Source: an uncultured Actinomycetes bacterium
GTDB taxonomy: Bacteria; Actinomycetota; UBA4738; HRBIN12
Assembly (NCBI GenBank): GCA_964447335.1
Contig: CAYUSA010000008.1
Location: forward strand, 4,863-68,862
DNA: 64,000 nt
Direction of reading: 5' to 3'
Below the pieces are notes generated by a model, which did not search any database, was not told the DNA's origin, and saw only the letters and a program-made list of their open reading frames with translations. Below are positions 28,527 through 38,982 of the stretch, one piece after another. The number at the start of each line of letters is the position of its first letter. The stretch's first letter is position 1. The position numbers and the translations under genes are program-made.

Positions 28527-29453
28527 ATGGATGACATGGACCTGATCGAGCGCTTCCGTACCGACGTCGCCGGCGCGGGTGCTGAGGCGAGAGCATCCGC
28601 TCGGGCAGCCCTGGTCAGAACCATCGACGGCGGGAGGATCGAGAACGGGCGTGGGCCAGCTCGCGCCCCTCGCGCGAAGCTCCGGCTCGTGACCGCGGCC
28701 GTGGCCGGTGCGCTTGCGCTGGCGCTCGTTATCCCGGCGTTGCTCCCTGGTGGACGTGAGCCGTCTGCGGCCGCCGAGACCCTTCGTGGGGCGGCTCAGA
28801 TGGCCATGAGTCAACCCTGGGTACCGATCAAGCCAGGTCAGTACGTGTACACGAAGACCCTGGCCCAGTGGGAGACAACCGAGGGAGACGAGACCCGGTT
28901 GGACGACGTTGTCCGCGAAACCTGGATCGGCCCCGACGGATCCGGGCGGATCGATGAGACCCGCGGCGCCATCCATTGGGATGACACCTTCCCGGCCGGA
29001 GAGATGCACTTCGAGGACCTCTCGGCGCTCCCCACCGACGTAGACGGATTGCGCTCGTACGTCGAGGAACGTGCGTCGCATGCCGACAACCCCCTCGACT
29101 ACGAGATGTTCGTGGTGATCGGCGACCTCCTGCGCGAAACGTACGCCCCACCCGAGGTCCGGGCGGGACTCTACGAGGTGGCAGCCGACCTGTCGGGCGT
29201 CGAGCTGCTGGGGCCGACCAGCGACGAGTCTGGGCGGGTCGGGATCGGAGTGGCGTACGCGAACGCAGGCATCCAACACGTGCTGATCTTCGATCCAGGG
29301 ACTTCCGCGGTGCTCGGAGAGCGGGAGGTCATCTTGAACACGACCGGCACATCATCCGGACCCGCCGGCCGAGCCGAGCCCGAGACGGTTCCCGGAAGCT
29401 GGACCGTCTACGTGGACTCAGGGATCGTGGACTCGATCACAGAACGACCGTAG
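28527..29453 (+). CDS. CU044_5270-like membrane protein (putative anti-sigma)
   Basis: Follows ECF sigma; single TM; GQYVY, ETW...DG, LPTD...L, PEVRAGLY, D..GR.G, LIFDP.T motifs. Confidence 0.78.
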   Translation: MDDMDLIERFRTDVAGAGAEARASARAALVRTIDGGRIENGRGPARAPRAKLRLVTAAVAGALALALVIPALLPGGREPSAAAETLRGAAQMAMSQPWVPIKPGQYVYTKTLAQWETTEGDETRLDDVVRETWIGPDGSGRIDETRGAIHWDDTFPAGEMHFEDLSALPTDVDGLRSYVEERASHADNPLDYEMFVVIGDLLRETYAPPEVRAGLYEVAADLSGVELLGPTSDESGRVGIGVAYANAGIQHVLIFDPGTSAVLGEREVILNTTGTSSGPAGRAEPETVPGSWTVYVDSGIVDSITERP

Positions 29454-29470
29454 GCAGCACGGGCAGGTGT

Positions 29471-30394
29471 CTACCCCGCGACCGAGATCCCGAGCGCTCG
29501 GAGCTCGTCAGGACCACGCGGGGTGAACAACCAGTCGCGGAACCTCTGGTCCGGAACGAGGCTCGGCATGGGGCGGACCTCGGTCTGTCCGACCAGGTAC
29601 ATCCGGAAGCCGTGCGGCTCGAGCATCGCCTGGAGCACCGATCCGTCCGCGACCGGGAGGACCTCGCAGAGCATGTCGGGGTGGAAGGCTTCGAGGAACG
29701 CCTGCCCGTGCCGGAGGATCTGGTCCTCGGTGCCTTCGACGTCGATCTTCATCACGACCCGTGCGCCGGAGGGGACGAGGTCCGCCATCGAGTCGAGGGA
29801 CCGGAACCCGATCTGGACGCCGTCGGCGAAGCTCATCCGGCTCGAGTAGAAGGACGGGAGCGCCGACCCGCCCTTGCCGATCGGCACCACCATCGACGCT
29901 CCGGGCTCGCCGAGCCCTTCCACGTGGACCTCCACCCGGTCGGCCACCCCGTTCCGGCGGAGGTTCTGCTCGAGCGCCTCCGCCACTCGAGGGACGATCT
30001 CGAAAGCATGGGCACGCAGCTCGGGATCCACCGCCGTCGCCGCGAGCGTGAACACGCCCGTGTACGCACCGACGTCGAGCAGGACGTCAGCCTCACGCGC
30101 GAGTCGGCTCACGATCTCGAGCGCGAGTGCATCCTCCGGCTTCGGCCGACGCCCGTTCCCCCAGTACAGCTCCTTCGCGATCTCACAGCGGTCCGGTCGG
30201 AGCATCATGAACGTGCCGCCCTCGACGTGGCCGGTGACCTCGCGCAGCCGAGCGGGGGCCGGCAGCCGCCCGGAGCGGAACCGGGGCGCCACGCGGAGGA
30301 ACCCCCGCATGAGCGCGTGCGGAACCGCGAGGCTGAGGAAGCGCTTCACGTACCGCTTCAACCCGAACCAGCTCTGGCGCTGCTCGACACTCAC
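29471..30394 (-). CDS. FkbM family methyltransferase
   Basis: LLDVGAYTGVF, AFE, MKIDVEGTE. Confidence 0.88.
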   Translation of the reverse strand: MSVEQRQSWFGLKRYVKRFLSLAVPHALMRGFLRVAPRFRSGRLPAPARLREVTGHVEGGTFMMLRPDRCEIAKELYWGNGRRPKPEDALALEIVSRLAREADVLLDVGAYTGVFTLAATAVDPELRAHAFEIVPRVAEALEQNLRRNGVADRVEVHVEGLGEPGASMVVPIGKGGSALPSFYSSRMSFADGVQIGFRSLDSMADLVPSGARVVMKIDVEGTEDQILRHGQAFLEAFHPDMLCEVLPVADGSVLQAMLEPHGFRMYLVGQTEVRPMPSLVPDQRFRDWLFTPRGPDELRALGISVAG

Positions 30395-30473
30395 GAGCGT
30401 GTGCCTCGGTCCCGGGGGCGTTGGCTCATCCGCTCACCTCTCGCGCTCGCTCACGATCTCGCATACGAAAGCA

Positions 30474-31259
30474 TCACGCATCCGGGCACGAGAAGCCCGA
30501 CTGCCACACCCACGGGCGCGGCACCGCCGACACCGGCTTGCCGCTACGCAGGAGATCACCGGCGGTCGTGACCTCCAGCCCTCGTGCCTGAAGCAGCGGC
30601 AGGAGCACACGAAGAACCGCCATGGCATGCTCGCGCTCGATCCCGCCGTCGCTCGCATCGTGCGCGAGGATGATGTCGCCGGGGCGGATGTCGGCGGCGA
30701 TCGTCGTGGCCACCTCGCGCGGCGTGAGACGCGTATCACCTACGTAGTGATCCAAAGCGATCGACCAATGAACCGGCGTGAGACCTTCCGGCCGTAGGTC
30801 CTCGAGCGTCTCGGCGCGAACGTCCCCGTACGGAGCCCTGACGAGGGTCGACCCACCAAGCGGCACCAGGAGCTCCCGGGCTCGTCCGACCTGCGCCAGC
30901 GCATCGGACCCAGACAAGTCCGAGAGCCGAGCATGCGACCACGTGTGGTTCCCGAGCTCGTTCCCACCGGCCAGGATCGCATCCAGCTCCGTCGGATGAG
31001 CCGCCGCGCGCTCGCCGACGACGAAGAACGTCGCTCGAGCCCCGTGCTCCGCGAGGAGCTCCAGCACCTCGTCCGTGTATCGGGGATCCGGACCGTCATC
31101 GAACGTGAGCGCGACGGCGCGCCGAGTCGTCTCGACCCGGCAGATCGGCGCGACGCCTTCGTAGCCCCGCAGGCGGACGGCGTGGACCCCCTGGATCCCC
31201 CCGGTCAGCACGAGGCAGAGACACGTAGCGGCCGCAACGAACAGGAAGCGATGTCTCAT
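30474..31259 (-). CDS. Polysaccharide deacetylase (NodB/CE4)
   Basis: ALTFDDGP, ATFFVVG, GNHTWSH, RAPYG, IILAHD. Confidence 0.9.
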   Translation of the reverse strand: MRHRFLFVAAATCLCLVLTGGIQGVHAVRLRGYEGVAPICRVETTRRAVALTFDDGPDPRYTDEVLELLAEHGARATFFVVGERAAAHPTELDAILAGGNELGNHTWSHARLSDLSGSDALAQVGRARELLVPLGGSTLVRAPYGDVRAETLEDLRPEGLTPVHWSIALDHYVGDTRLTPREVATTIAADIRPGDIILAHDASDGGIEREHAMAVLRVLLPLLQARGLEVTTAGDLLRSGKPVSAVPRPWVWQSGFSCPDA

Positions 31260-31314
31260 GTCGTGGGTGTGCTCATCCCGACCCACCAAGGCTCCCGTCG
31301 AATCGATCCGCCGT

Positions 31315-31854
31315 TCAGATGATGTAGACCTGCCGGATCAGCGTCAGCCGGTGCCCTTCGACCTTGATCCGATAGTAACCGTGCGTGCCACCGGACCACT
31401 CGGACGTGGGGAAGCCGGCGCGGAACGCATCGACGAACCGGCGGACGGAGACGGCCACCCTGGTCGGTGAGCCGTGACGATCGAACCCAAGGAGCATGAC
31501 CTTCGTGTCGGGGGTCAGCCGGAAGGTGGCCATCTCATCCAGGTCGCGCACGTACACAGGATTCGGGAGGTCCTGCCCCGGTAGGATCACTCCGTCCTCG
31601 ATGGCGGCTTCCGTCGCCCGCTCGTTCCAGAAGACGTCGGCCCACCTGATCGTGATCGCGTCGCCCGCTTCGGAGATACCCACGAGCGCCGCGTACCTGT
31701 TCGCGGCGCTCGGTTGAGGCGATTCCGAGCCGGTGGGCCGTGGGCGAGTCGCCTCCGACTCGGTGGGCCGCGGTTCGGGCGATCTCAACGGGTCACACGA
31801 GGTCGTCGTCACGGCCAGAACCAATGCACCACACAGCACCCAGCGCGCTGTCAC
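31315..31854 (-). CDS. Hypothetical lipoprotein
   Basis: Lipoprotein-like signal ending TTSC, Pro/Ser/Thr linker, globular domain; GAGG upstream. Confidence 0.65.
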   Translation of the reverse strand: MTARWVLCGALVLAVTTTSCDPLRSPEPRPTESEATRPRPTGSESPQPSAANRYAALVGISEAGDAITIRWADVFWNERATEAAIEDGVILPGQDLPNPVYVRDLDEMATFRLTPDTKVMLLGFDRHGSPTRVAVSVRRFVDAFRAGFPTSEWSGGTHGYYRIKVEGHRLTLIRQVYII

Positions 31855-32090
31855 AGGGGCACCTCGCCTTCAGGCGGGCGGATACGCGTAGGCGATCTGA
31901 TCGATCCCCTCATGGATACCGACGTCGGTGCGCCGCGATCGGTTCTGCCGTTGACGAAGGTCGAGTACATCCAGCGGTGCGGCGACCGCGACACCCGCTC
32001 CCGGTGTTCATGTACCGATGAGCGAGGCGCAGGAGACCGCCGTCCCCGAGACGAGCGGCACCACGCTGCGGGTGACCTGACCACCGCCCG

Positions 32091-32909
32091 TCACTGCGAC
32101 TCGGAGGGGCCGCCGCCCAGCCGGTCGCCGAGGTCCGCACCGAACACCTCGAGCAGGTCGTCCGCCAGGAGCGCCTCGATGAGCGTTTCGGATCCACCCA
32201 CGTAGGTCGACGTGATGTCGATGTCGGTCGAGACGAACCAAGCCCGATCGGCCGGCCACCAGAAGCTCGGCGGCATCCACCGCGCGCCGTGGTCCTCGGC
32301 GCTCGCCGAGACATCGATCGAACCTCGGTGGAGGATGTACGTCCTCCCGCTCCCAGTCAGCGAGGGGCTGATCTCGATCCCGAGGTCACGGTCGGGGTCG
32401 GGCACCTCTCGCCGTCGTGCGAAACGCCGCTTCAGCGCCCCGAACATCCTCTGACGTGCTCGGGTGCGGACGAGCAGCTCCGGCTCGCCCCTCCCCCCAA
32501 ACCCGCTCCACACGAGCAGCCACACGGCGTCGGGTGTGGACGTTGCCGCGGTCAGGTACCGCGTCAGCCTATCCAGGTGCGGTTGCACGAGTTGGCCCTC
32601 CATCGGAAGGGACCTGTTCTGGCTGTTCCACGAGGTGCCGTCCGCCCGGACCGCGATGTCGTCGATGAACGAGCGGCCCGTGAGGGCCTTGCCGCTCCAC
32701 GAGGCGATCTCGGCTCAGCTCACGGCGCGCTCCGTCGGGACCTGCTCCGTCGGGACCTGCCAGTCGTGCGCGGGGTGCAGGATCCTCGCGTAACGGGGGA
32801 AGCCATCGGGCATCCACGAACCCACGTCGCGCCCGAACGTCAGGGACTCTCGCAGCCACTCCGCCGCGTCCGCGTCCGCGATCGGGTCGGGATCGATCCG
32901 CAGGGCCAT
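32091..32909 (-). pseudogene. Actinobacterial-type hypothetical gene interrupted by in-frame TGA
   Basis: ORFs 32715-32909 and 32091-32603 are in the same frame; P.GF..YARILHP ... VS*AEIA ... EG.L ... VWSGFG ... PSFWWPADRAWFV.TDID..STYVGG; GGAGG RBS. Confidence 0.72.
32730..32759. repeat. Perfect 15-bp tandem duplication
   Basis: CTCCGTCGGGACCTG x2 (QVPTEQVPTE on minus strand). Confidence 0.9.
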
Positions 32910-33000
32910 CCAGCACCTCCTTGCGAGTGCCTCGTCGGGGCCACGCTACGCTATGACGCCGCTCGCGGCTGACCTGCGGTTTCGGGTACCCTGAGGCCCC

Positions 33001-33150
33001 ATGTCCCGCGAACAGACCTTCCTGCTGGCCCTGGGCCTCCTGATCGCCGCCGCGGCGTTCGTCTCGGCGAGCGGCTGGATCATGTTCGTCCGCGACCGGC
33101 GCGCGGGGCGTGCCGCCCACCCCCATCACGAGGCCGCCGAGGAGCACTAG
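33001..33150 (+). CDS. Small single-TM protein with His-rich C-terminus, first ORF of his operon
   Basis: MSREQTFLLALGLLIAAAAFVSASGWIMFVRDRRAGRAAHPHHEAAEEH*; TACCCT -10 box 8 nt upstream; TAG abuts hisD ATG. Confidence 0.65.
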   Translation: MSREQTFLLALGLLIAAAAFVSASGWIMFVRDRRAGRAAHPHHEAAEEH

Positions 33151-34464
33151 ATGCTCGAGCTCCTCGACCTCCGGACCAGGAGGGAGCGGCTCGAGCCCCG
33201 TCGCCTCGAGATCGACCCCTCCGTGGAGCAGACCGTGCGCGAGATCGTCGCGCGCGTGCGCGATGAGGGCGACGCCGCCCTCCTGGACCTCACGCTGCGC
33301 TTCGACGGCGCCGACCTGCGCGAGCGCGGCCTCATCGTCACGCCCGCCGAGTTCGAGCACGCCCAGGAGACGGTTCCGACCGAGCTGAAGACCGCGATCG
33401 ACCGCCTCGTCGAGCGCCTCGAGGACCTGCACCGCCGGCAACTGCCGATCGAGTGGGTGGATGAGCGCGATGGCATCCGGTTCGGCGAGCTCGTGAAGCC
33501 GCTCCGCGCCGTCGGCTGTTACGTGCCGGGCGGTCGCGCGGTGTACCCGTCGTCCGTCGCGATGACCGTCGTGCCGGCGGTCGTCGCCGGCGTCGAGGAG
33601 GTCGTCGTCGCGACGCCGCCATCGAGCGACGGCCTCGTCCACGCGGCCGTGCTCTATGCGGCCGTGAGAGCGGGCGCGACCCGCGTCGTGAAGGTCGGTG
33701 GCGCGCAGGCGGTCGCGGCGCTCGCGTACGGCACGGATTCGGTGCCCGCGGTCGACAAGGTCGTGGGGCCGGGCAACGTCTACGTCACCGAGGCCAAGCG
33801 CCAGCTGAACGGCGTGATCGGGATCGACTCCCTCGCGGGTCCGAGCGAGCTCGTGCTCATCGCCGACGCGAGCGCCGACCCCGCGTTCCTCGCGACCGAC
33901 CTCATCGCGCAGGCCGAGCACGACCCGCAGGCCGAGGCGACCTTCGTCACCGCCGACGAGGACCTGCTGAGCGCCACGCTGAAGGCCCTCGAGGCCGAGG
34001 TCGCGCGCGCCGGCCGCCGCGAGATCGTCGAGCGCGCCCTCGCCCGGCACGGGCGCGCGGTGCTCGTCGCGGACCTCGACCACGCCGCCGAGGTCGCGAA
34101 CGACCTCGCGCCCGAGCACCTCCAGATCGTGACCGAGGACCCGCGCGCGCTCGCGGTGAAGATCCGGAGCGCCGGCGCGATCTTCCTGGGCGACTGGACC
34201 CCGGTGCCGTTCGGCGACTACGGGGTCGCGTCCAACCACGTCCTGCCGACCTCGGGCACCGCGCGGTTCTCGAGCGGCCTTCGCGCTGCCGACTTCGTCA
34301 CGGTCTCGAGCGTCGTCGAGATGTCCGAGACAGCCGCCACCGCCCTCGCGCCCGAGGTTGCCGAGATCGCTCGCAGCGAGGGGCTCGTCGGCCATACCCG
34401 CGCCGCGCTGATCCGCGTCGAGCGCTCGATGGAGCGCGCCCGCACGAAGGAGCCCAGACCATGA
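33151..34464 (+). CDS. hisD: Histidinol dehydrogenase
   Basis: GCYVPGG, GGAQAVAALAYGT, GPGNVYV, AGPSE, AQAEHD, APEHL, GDY...NHVLPT. Confidence 0.97.
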   Translation: MLELLDLRTRRERLEPRRLEIDPSVEQTVREIVARVRDEGDAALLDLTLRFDGADLRERGLIVTPAEFEHAQETVPTELKTAIDRLVERLEDLHRRQLPIEWVDERDGIRFGELVKPLRAVGCYVPGGRAVYPSSVAMTVVPAVVAGVEEVVVATPPSSDGLVHAAVLYAAVRAGATRVVKVGGAQAVAALAYGTDSVPAVDKVVGPGNVYVTEAKRQLNGVIGIDSLAGPSELVLIADASADPAFLATDLIAQAEHDPQAEATFVTADEDLLSATLKALEAEVARAGRREIVERALARHGRAVLVADLDHAAEVANDLAPEHLQIVTEDPRALAVKIRSAGAIFLGDWTPVPFGDYGVASNHVLPTSGTARFSSGLRAADFVTVSSVVEMSETAATALAPEVAEIARSEGLVGHTRAALIRVERSMERARTKEPRP

Positions 34465-35516
34465 CCCATGCGCAGCCCCGGCCGGGCCTCCGCGACGTCG
34501 AGCCGTACGCCGCACCGCAGCTCGACGTGAAGGCGCGATTGAACACGAACGAGTGCCCGTACCCGCTGCCCGAGGCCTTCCGCGACGAGCTCGCCGAGGC
34601 GGTTCGCGCGCAGACGCTGAACCGCTACCCCGACCGGGAGGCGCTCGAGCTCCGCACGGCGCTCGCCCAACTCGACGAGCACGAGGTCGCGGGCACCTGG
34701 GTCGCGAACGGCTCGAACGAGATCCTGCAGCAGCTCCTCCAGGCGTTTGGCGGCCCGGGGCGCCGGGTCGTGCTGTTCGAGCCGACGTACCCGATGCACG
34801 CGCGGATCGCGTGGGTGACGAACAGCGAGGTCGTCCACATGCCGCTGGAGCCGCCGTGGCACATCACCGCGGTCGACATGATCCGCAAGCATCGCGAGGG
34901 GCACCCCTCGGTCGTGTTCATCTGCTCGCCGAACAACCCGACCGGCAACGCGCAGGATCCGCGCATCGTCGGGGCCGCGGCCGAGCTCGCGCCCGACATC
35001 CTGTTCCTGGTGGACGAGGCCTACATCGAGTTCGGCGGCGAGTCGATGGCGCCCCTCGTTCGGCGGTTCCCGAACGTCGTCGTCGTGCGGACGTTCTCGA
35101 AGGCGTTCGCGCTCGCCGGCGCGCGGATCGGCTACTGCCTTGCGTCGCCGGAGGTCGTCGAGGACCTGCGCCGCGTCCGCCTGCCCTACCACCTGAGCGC
35201 ACTCACCCAGGCGGCCGGGCTCGTCGCGCTCCGGCACCGCGAGGACGCGCTCGCGATCCTCGACGCCGTGCGCGAGCAGCGCGACCGGGTCCTCGAGGCG
35301 CTGCCGGGGCTCGGCGTCGAGGCGTTCCCCTCGGATGCCAACTTCGTGCTCTTCCGCCCGCCGCGGCCCGCGGCGCAGGTCTGGCAGGGGCTGCTCGACC
35401 GCGGCGTGCTCGTGCGCGACTTCACCGCGCTCGTCCCCGGATGCCTGCGCGTCACCGCCGGCACGCCCGAGGAGATCGACCTGTTCCTGTCCGCTCTCGA
35501 GGAGGTCCTTGCATGA
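34461..35516 (+). CDS. hisC: Histidinol-phosphate aminotransferase
   Basis: LNTNE, NRYPD, NGSNE, SPNNPTG, DEAY, RTFSKAFALAGARIG. Confidence 0.96.
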   Translation: MTHAQPRPGLRDVEPYAAPQLDVKARLNTNECPYPLPEAFRDELAEAVRAQTLNRYPDREALELRTALAQLDEHEVAGTWVANGSNEILQQLLQAFGGPGRRVVLFEPTYPMHARIAWVTNSEVVHMPLEPPWHITAVDMIRKHREGHPSVVFICSPNNPTGNAQDPRIVGAAAELAPDILFLVDEAYIEFGGESMAPLVRRFPNVVVVRTFSKAFALAGARIGYCLASPEVVEDLRRVRLPYHLSALTQAAGLVALRHREDALAILDAVREQRDRVLEALPGLGVEAFPSDANFVLFRPPRPAAQVWQGLLDRGVLVRDFTALVPGCLRVTAGTPEEIDLFLSALEEVLA

Positions 35517-36094
35517 GCCGCACCGCCGTGGTCGAGCGCGTCACGAAGGAGACGAACGTCCGGGTCGAGCTCGAACTCGACGGCTCGGGCACGGCGAGCG
35601 CCGACACCGGCCTGCCGTTCTTCGACCACATGCTCCAGCAGCTCGGGACGCACGCCGGGTTCGACCTGGCGGTCACCGCGAAGGGCGACCTCGAGGTCGA
35701 CGGCCACCACTCGGTCGAGGACGTCGGGCTCGCGCTCGGGCAAGCCCTCAAGGAGGCGCTCGGCGACAAGGCGGGCATCCGGCGGTTCGCCTCGATCACG
35801 GTGCCGCTCGACGAGGCCGCCGTCGAGGTCGCGCTCGACCTGTCGGGCCGGCCGTTCGTCGTGCACGAGGTCGACGTGCCGGCCGAGACCATCGGCACCT
35901 ACGACACCGGCCTCACCGAGGACTTCGTCCGTGCCCTCGCGACCGCTGCCGAGATGACCTTGCACGTCCGCCTCGTGAGCGGCCGCTCCCCGCACCACGT
36001 CGTCGAGGCCGAGTTCAAGGCGCTCGCGAAGTGTCTCCAGGACGCCGTCCGCGTGCTCGGCGGCGGCGTGCCGAGCACGAAGGGCACGCTGTGA
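35513..36094 (+). CDS. hisB: Imidazoleglycerol-phosphate dehydratase
   Basis: RVTKET, FFDHML, DGHHSVED, PLDEA, HHVVEAEFKA, PSTKGTL. Confidence 0.97.
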   Translation: MSRTAVVERVTKETNVRVELELDGSGTASADTGLPFFDHMLQQLGTHAGFDLAVTAKGDLEVDGHHSVEDVGLALGQALKEALGDKAGIRRFASITVPLDEAAVEVALDLSGRPFVVHEVDVPAETIGTYDTGLTEDFVRALATAAEMTLHVRLVSGRSPHHVVEAEFKALAKCLQDAVRVLGGGVPSTKGTL

Positions 36095-36696
36095 CGATCG
36101 CGGTCCTCGACTACGGGATGGGCAACCTGCGGAGCGTCGCCCGTGCCATCGAGCACGTCGGTGGCAGGCCGGAGGTGACCGCCGACGCGGCGACGGCGCT
36201 CGGCGCGAGCGCGCTCGTCGTGCCGGGCGTCGGGCACTTCGGCGCGTGCATGCGGAACCTCCGCGAGCGCGGTCTCGACACCGTCGTCACGACGTTCGCG
36301 TCGAGCGGGCGGCCCGTGTTCGGCGTGTGCGTCGGCATGCAGGTCCTGTTCGAGTCGAGCGAGGAGGACCCGGCTCCCGGCCTTGGCCTGTTCCCCGGCG
36401 GCTCGCGCCGGCTGCCGCAGGACGTGAAGGTTCCCCACATGGGCTGGAACACGGTCGAGTGGCTCGCGCCGCACCCGTACGTCCGCGACGTGCCGAGCGG
36501 CACCCGCTTCTACTTCGTCCACTCGTTCGCTCCCGACGTCGGCCCCGACACGATCGGTTCCACCGAGCACGGCCGCCCGTTCGCCGCCGCGGTCGCGCGC
36601 GAGAACGTGTTCGCCACGCAGTTCCACCCGGAGAAGTCGGGCGAGCCCGGCCTCCAGCTCTACGAGTCGTTCGTGCTGGAGGTGGGCTCGGCGTGA
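36091..36696 (+). CDS. hisH: IGP synthase glutamine amidotransferase subunit
   Basis: DYGMGNLRSV, PGVG, GVCVGMQ, PHMGWN, YFVHS, QFHPEKS. Confidence 0.97.
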   Translation: MTIAVLDYGMGNLRSVARAIEHVGGRPEVTADAATALGASALVVPGVGHFGACMRNLRERGLDTVVTTFASSGRPVFGVCVGMQVLFESSEEDPAPGLGLFPGGSRRLPQDVKVPHMGWNTVEWLAPHPYVRDVPSGTRFYFVHSFAPDVGPDTIGSTEHGRPFAAAVARENVFATQFHPEKSGEPGLQLYESFVLEVGSA

Positions 36697-37394
36697 TCGT
36701 GATCCCGGCGATCGACCTGCGTGGCGGGCGGTGCGTGCGCCTGTTCCGCGGCGACTACGCGGCCGAGACCGTGTACGACGACGACCCGGTCGAGGTCGCC
36801 GTGCGCTTCCAGGCCGAGGGCGCCCGGCGGCTGCACGTGGTGGACCTCGATGCCGCCCGGGGCGACGGCTCGAACCGGGAGATCGTGCGCGAGATCTGTC
36901 GCGCCGTCGCGATCCCCGTCCAGCTCGGCGGAGGGCTGCGCACGATCACGGCCGTCGAGGGTGCCCTCGAGGACGGCGCGGGGCGCGCGATCCTCGGCAC
37001 GGCGGCGGCGCTCGACCCCGGGTTCGTCACCGAGGCCGTCGAGCACTTCGGCGACCACATCGTCGTCGCGGTCGACGTCCGGGACGGCCGCGTGATGACC
37101 CACGGCTGGGCCGAAGAGGGCCCTCGCGTCGAGGAGGCGATCCCCGCGATCACCGACGCCGGCGCCCCTCGGTTCCTCGTGACGTCGATCCAGAAGGACG
37201 GCACGATGGATGGCCCCGACGTCCGGCTGTACGAGCGCGCGCTCGAGCTCACGGACCGCCCCATCGTCGCGAGCGGCGGTGTCCGCGTGGCCGACGACGT
37301 GCGCGAGCTCCGCGACCTCGGCCTCGAGGCCGTCGTCGTCGGCAAGGCCCTGTACTCGGGCACGATGCGCCTCGAGGAGGTCGTGCGCGGATGA
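36693..37394 (+). CDS. hisA: ProFAR isomerase (HisA/PriA)
   Basis: [41 protein letters not shown]. Confidence 0.95.
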   Translation: MIVIPAIDLRGGRCVRLFRGDYAAETVYDDDPVEVAVRFQAEGARRLHVVDLDAARGDGSNREIVREICRAVAIPVQLGGGLRTITAVEGALEDGAGRAILGTAAALDPGFVTEAVEHFGDHIVVAVDVRDGRVMTHGWAEEGPRVEEAIPAITDAGAPRFLVTSIQKDGTMDGPDVRLYERALELTDRPIVASGGVRVADDVRELRDLGLEAVVVGKALYSGTMRLEEVVRG

Positions 37395-37416
37395 GACCTC
37401 GGCGGGTAGGACGACG

Positions 37417-38178
37417 GTGACCCTCGCGAAGCGCGTGATCCCGTGCCTGGATGTCGACGCCGGCCGCGTCGTGAAGGGCACGCGGTTCGTGGACCTGCGC
37501 GACGCCGGCGATCCGGTCGAGCTCGCCGCGCGCTACGACGCCGAGGGCGCCGACGAGCTCATCTTCCTCGACATCACCGCCACGCTCGAGGCTCGAGCGG
37601 CCACCCTCGAGGTGATCGCGCGCACCGCCGAGCAGGTGTTCATCCCGCTCACCGTCGGCGGTGGCGTCCGCGCCCAGGACGACGTGAACCAGCTCCTGCG
37701 CGCCGGCGCCGACAAGGTCGCGGTGAACAGCGCCGCGGTCCGCGATCCCTCGCTCCTGCAGCGCTGCGGCGAGCGCTTCGGCACGCAGTGCATGGTGATC
37801 GCGATCGACGCGAAGCGCGCGGGGACCTCCTGGGAGGTCTACGTCGACGCCGGACGCACGGCGACCGGACTCGACGCCGTCGCGTGGGCCGTCGAGGCGA
37901 CGGCTGAGCGCGGCGCGGGCGAGGTGCTCCTCACGTCGATGGACCGCGACGGAACGGGTGAGGGCTACGACCTCGAGCTGCTCCGCGCCGTGAGCGACGC
38001 CGTGCGCGTGCCCGTCGTCGCGAGCGGAGGCGCCGGCCGGCTCGAGCACTTCGCCGATGCTCTGCTCGAGGGCCGAGCCGACGCCGTGCTCGCGGCGTCG
38101 AGGTTCCACTTCGAGGAGCTCACGATCGCGATGGTGAAGGAGCACCTGGCGTCGCGCGGGTTGCCGGTGAGGACCTGA
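37417..38178 (+). CDS. hisF: IGP synthase cyclase subunit
   Basis: [44 protein letters not shown]. Confidence 0.97.
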   Translation: MTLAKRVIPCLDVDAGRVVKGTRFVDLRDAGDPVELAARYDAEGADELIFLDITATLEARAATLEVIARTAEQVFIPLTVGGGVRAQDDVNQLLRAGADKVAVNSAAVRDPSLLQRCGERFGTQCMVIAIDAKRAGTSWEVYVDAGRTATGLDAVAWAVEATAERGAGEVLLTSMDRDGTGEGYDLELLRAVSDAVRVPVVASGGAGRLEHFADALLEGRADAVLAASRFHFEELTIAMVKEHLASRGLPVRT

Positions 38179-38516
38179 TGGAGCGCGTGGACCTGGATTC
38201 GGTGCGCTGGAACGAGGTCGGGCTCGTGCCGGTCGTCGTGCAAGACGCCGGGAGCGGCGAGGTGCTCATGGTCGCGTGGGCGAACCGCGAGGCGCTCGAG
38301 CGCACGCTCTCAGAGGGCCGGATGGTCTACTGGAGCCGCTCGCGCAAGGAGCTCTGGCGCAAGGGCGACACGAGCGGCCACGTCCAGCACTGGGAGGAGC
38401 TCCGCGTGGACTGCGACGCGGACGTGATCCTTGCGCGCGTCCACCAGGAGGGCGCCGCCTGCCACACCGGCGAGCGGACCTGCTTCTTCCGGAGCCTCAG
38501 CGCCGGGTCGCCCTGA
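38178..38516 (+). CDS. hisI: Phosphoribosyl-AMP cyclohydrolase
   Basis: [38 protein letters not shown]. Confidence 0.96.
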   Translation: MERVDLDSVRWNEVGLVPVVVQDAGSGEVLMVAWANREALERTLSEGRMVYWSRSRKELWRKGDTSGHVQHWEELRVDCDADVILARVHQEGAACHTGERTCFFRSLSAGSP

Positions 38517-38937
38517 GCTCCTTGCGGAGCTTGTCGATGAACTTGCCCGATGTCTGCCCCGGATCACCGACGCCGGAGAGCGCGTGGACCTTGCCGCCGT
38601 TCGTCCGAACGACCGCGGTCGTCATGCCGCGGCGCCGCGAGCCCTCCTCGAACGTCTCGACGTCGGCCCACGCGAAGCGACGCGTCGAGAACAGGTTGCG
38701 GACCTCGACCCCCTCGGGGCTCGTCTCGACCGCGACGACGCGCGCGCGGCGCCCGAGGTACACGGCGACGGCGCCGACGAGGAGGAGCCCGCTCGACGCT
38801 GCGGCGGTGAACGGGCGCCCGCCCTCGGAGATCGCCCGCACCATCCCGACCGCTCCGATCGCGAGTCCCACGATCGCGAGCATCCGCAGCATCAGCGAGA
38901 TGCGGGCGAGGGTCGCGTCGTTGCGGTAGACGGCCAC
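38497..38937 (-). CDS. Membrane protein with bacterial PH-like domain
   Basis: Two TM followed by [18 protein letters not shown]; TAGGCT -10 box 8 nt upstream of GTG. Confidence 0.7.
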   Translation of the reverse strand: MAVYRNDATLARISLMLRMLAIVGLAIGAVGMVRAISEGGRPFTAAASSGLLLVGAVAVYLGRRARVVAVETSPEGVEVRNLFSTRRFAWADVETFEEGSRRRGMTTAVVRTNGGKVHALSGVGDPGQTSGKFIDKLRKELRATRR

Positions 38938-38982
38938 GGCCCCGCAGCCTACCGCTCGGGACCAGCGGCTACACTCGCGGGC

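Noticed and set aside
31851-32084. 77-aa ORF between lipoprotein gene and pseudogene
   Set aside because: No RBS, atypical codon use, no motif.
32715-32717. Selenocysteine or genetic-code reassignment at the in-frame TGA
   Set aside because: Context fits Trp rather than Cys, and TGA terminates many genes in this window.
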